A DNA stretch of 64,000 bases from an uncultured Verrucomicrobiae bacterium (GTDB lineage Bacteria; Chlamydiota; Chlamydiia; Chlamydiales; Rhabdochlamydiaceae), in the NCBI GenBank assembly GCA_963806855.1, contig CAWDYW010000001.1, forward strand, positions 512,001 through 576,000, written 5' to 3'. Below are positions 61,823 to 64,000 of the stretch, piece after piece. Position 1 is the stretch's first letter. The number at the start of each line of letters is the position of its first letter. The position numbers and the translations under genes were made by a program. Below the pieces are notes generated by a model. It worked only from the letters and a program-made list of their open reading frames with translations, was not told the origin of the DNA and made no database searches.

Positions 61823-64000
61823 AGACGATCTGGGATATTTTACAAATTGATCCGACAACCGATTCCAAAGCGATCCGAGGGGCTTACGCGCGCCTGCTTA
61901 AAGAAACGTCACCTGAGGTCAATCCAGAAGGGTTCCAGGAGCTAAGAGCAGCCTATGAAAGCGCTTTAAAATCTGCGCCCATTTCGAATTCAACTCCCTT
62001 TCAAAGCCAGAAAAAACAGCCCCCAATTCCCAAAGCGCCTCATCTTGTAGAAGTTCCATCGGAACCTGAAGTCATTTTCTCCATCCCGAAAGCCCCTCCC
62101 ATCAACATCCCACCGCAGCCGCCTGCAAAATCTGAAACTGAATTGCAGGTTGATCAAATGATCAGAGAGTTGCAGCGAATTCGGGATCCCTTCTCAAAAG
62201 CCTCGCAATTAAGAAAGTGGAAAGAGGAAGGGATTTTTAGCCATTTGGGGATTTCCCAACTTTTTCAGCAGGAATTGCTAGATCTGTTTGCCCCAAAGGT
62301 AAAAAAGAGCCTGTTTTTGACCGGCTATACCCTTTTTGACTGGGATCTGCTCCGCCAGAAGCCCAGCCATCCTCTTGCTCAAAAATTAGAAAGAATCATC
62401 CAAAAAGGGGATTTCTTTGATTCCTTGAGTCTTCTTGAAAAGGTGAAGGATTGTCCTTTTTTATACGCTGCAGTTGCCGAAGATATTCCCCTTGCAAAAC
62501 AACTTTTAAGGGAAAACCCTTCGATTCTTTATCAAACCGATGCCAATGGCAATAGCGCCATCCACCTAGCCTGTTTTGTACACTCAACCCAATTCGTCAA
62601 ATTTCTAATAGCTGAGAATGTCGACTTGGAGACGAAAGGCGTTGGGGGACAAACAGCCTTGAGTATTGCTGTCTCGCGCGAGAATCTCGAGCTGGTCCAG
62701 CTCCTCTGCGAGGCTGGGGCTAACTTGAACCATTTAGATGATGACAAACAGAGCCCCATTTTCTTTGCCACATTCCTCGCCAATGATGACCTCGTGCGCT
62801 ATTTGGTAGATCAGCCCGATCTTGAGCGGGACCCAGAGGCTCTCTATATCGCTGTCGTCAAGCAAAAGTTCGAATTCGTTCAACTTCTTGTCGAGTACGG
62901 CTGGGATGTTTCTCCTAAGAACCTCCGTCAAGGCCCCCCCTGTTTGATCACAGCGGCGCGGCTAAATAATTTGAATATTGTCAACTACCTCCTTGCCAAA
63001 GGGGCAGATCCCGATCAAACAGATCAAGTTGGGAATACCGCTCTTACGATGGCAGCTGAGAGGGGATTCAGTCAGATTGTCAAGCGGCTACTCGATTACA
63101 CAACCGATCAGAATGCCATTTTACTCGCTGCCCATGGAGCGATCAAATATAGCCATTTTGAGATCGTCCAACTTCTTTTGACTGCATCTCAAAATAGCCC
63201 GCATTTTACCCACATTAAATATGAGATGTATCGTTATGGGTTTACCTCTTATTACGATGATGTCATCCTATATATTCACAACCCGGATGATCCGCCTCTG
63301 ATCCAAGCTGTTTATAGAGGTGATTTAAAAGAAGTTAAACGGCTGCTCAAAGAGGGCGCCGACCTGAACCAACTAAGTCAGCAGGGATTGGCTCCCTTGC
63401 ATGTCGCCATTCAGCTGCATCATCAGGCGATCTTCGACACCTTAATTCAGTCCCATGCCGATATTAATCTAGTGGCAAAGACCTCCTACCTCGCGCCCCT
63501 ATTTATCGCAGTGAAAGTTCAGAATCGACACGCCTACCGCAAACTCATGGAACTTGGCGCCCTCGACTTGCCCACCGGTTCCCATCACACAGCGCTCTTT
63601 GCAGCCGTCTATAACAATGACATAAAGGCAGTGCAAGAGCTCCTTGAGCGCGGTTCCAATCCCTATCAATACGCCTCAAATCTCTATCGGACATTAGTCT
63701 ATGCCGCAGCCCGCTATCGACATATTGAGATGTTAAAATTCTTAATTAGCTATGGCCTCCACCCGGATGATATAGGAGGAGATCCAGGCGAGCTTTACCT
63801 ACTTCGGTATCAAGAACAACCGGAAGTTCCGGGTACAGCCCTGAGTGTTGCAGTGAATAATTGTGACCAAGAGATGATTGAAATCCTCCTAGAAGCTGGT
63901 GCAGATCCTAATCGCAAATCCTTCGGAGTCCCTCCTCTGCATAGGACCATGTCAAATTCCTATTTCCCTCCCAGTGAAACGACCGATTACTATGAGATCA
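61819..64000 (+). CDS. DjlB/DjlC-type J-domain fused to many ankyrin repeats; partial, runs off the window end
   Basis: Hand translation: ATG 61819 (ATGA overlap), MKTIWDILQIDPTTDSKAIRGAYARLLKETSPEVNPEGFQELRAAYESAL, Pro-rich linker, ankyrins, no stop before 64000. Missing from the ORF track. Confidence 0.85.
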   Translation, partial: MKTIWDILQIDPTTDSKAIRGAYARLLKETSPEVNPEGFQELRAAYESALKSAPISNSTPFQSQKKQPPIPKAPHLVEVPSEPEVIFSIPKAPPINIPPQPPAKSETELQVDQMIRELQRIRDPFSKASQLRKWKEEGIFSHLGISQLFQQELLDLFAPKVKKSLFLTGYTLFDWDLLRQKPSHPLAQKLERIIQKGDFFDSLSLLEKVKDCPFLYAAVAEDIPLAKQLLRENPSILYQTDANGNSAIHLACFVHSTQFVKFLIAENVDLETKGVGGQTALSIAVSRENLELVQLLCEAGANLNHLDDDKQSPIFFATFLANDDLVRYLVDQPDLERDPEALYIAVVKQKFEFVQLLVEYGWDVSPKNLRQGPPCLITAARLNNLNIVNYLLAKGADPDQTDQVGNTALTMAAERGFSQIVKRLLDYTTDQNAILLAAHGAIKYSHFEIVQLLLTASQNSPHFTHIKYEMYRYGFTSYYDDVILYIHNPDDPPLIQAVYRGDLKEVKRLLKEGADLNQLSQQGLAPLHVAIQLHHQAIFDTLIQSHADINLVAKTSYLAPLFIAVKVQNRHAYRKLMELGALDLPTGSHHTALFAAVYNNDIKAVQELLERGSNPYQYASNLYRTLVYAAARYRHIEMLKFLISYGLHPDDIGGDPGELYLLRYQEQPEVPGTALSVAVNNCDQEMIEILLEAGADPNRKSFGVPPLHRTMSNSYFPPSETTDYYEI

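Overview
Chromosomal window from an environmental member of the Chlamydiota. Evidence: chlamydial 16S signatures, a tRNA-free 16S-23S spacer, histone-like Hc1 with the hctA-rlmD-yajC gene order, and efp near amn. It holds one 16S-23S-5S rRNA operon and housekeeping genes (icd, kdsD, nhaD, htpG, nadE, efp, epmA, amn, RNA-modifying enzymes, a P1B ATPase, an MFS pump). It also has many probable host-interaction genes: F-box+LRR, BTB-like, a CE-clan protease, ankyrin/TPR, Inc-like proteins and beta-barrels. The strongest candidates for undescribed biology are: (1) an HscC-type Hsp70 operon with an unknown leader gene, an ankyrin protein and a J-domain(SPE)-ankyrin fusion that the ORF track missed; (2) three tandem paralogous small proteins with both a lipobox and a C-terminal TM helix, a topology that could span the envelope; (3) a family of TATA-ended, fully palindromic ~167-bp elements with co-varying arms and unrelated inner hairpins, plus a second palindromic family; (4) a DUF948/YtxH cassette bracketed by a 42-bp direct repeat between htpG and nadE; (5) a FecR-TpsB-beta-propeller cluster with no canonical TpsA; (6) two intact ORFs that look catalytically dead (adenine deaminase-like and alkaline phosphatase-like). 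gmhA and lpxK are frameshifted as assembled, probably by sequence error. All family calls come from reading motifs by eye, not from database searches.
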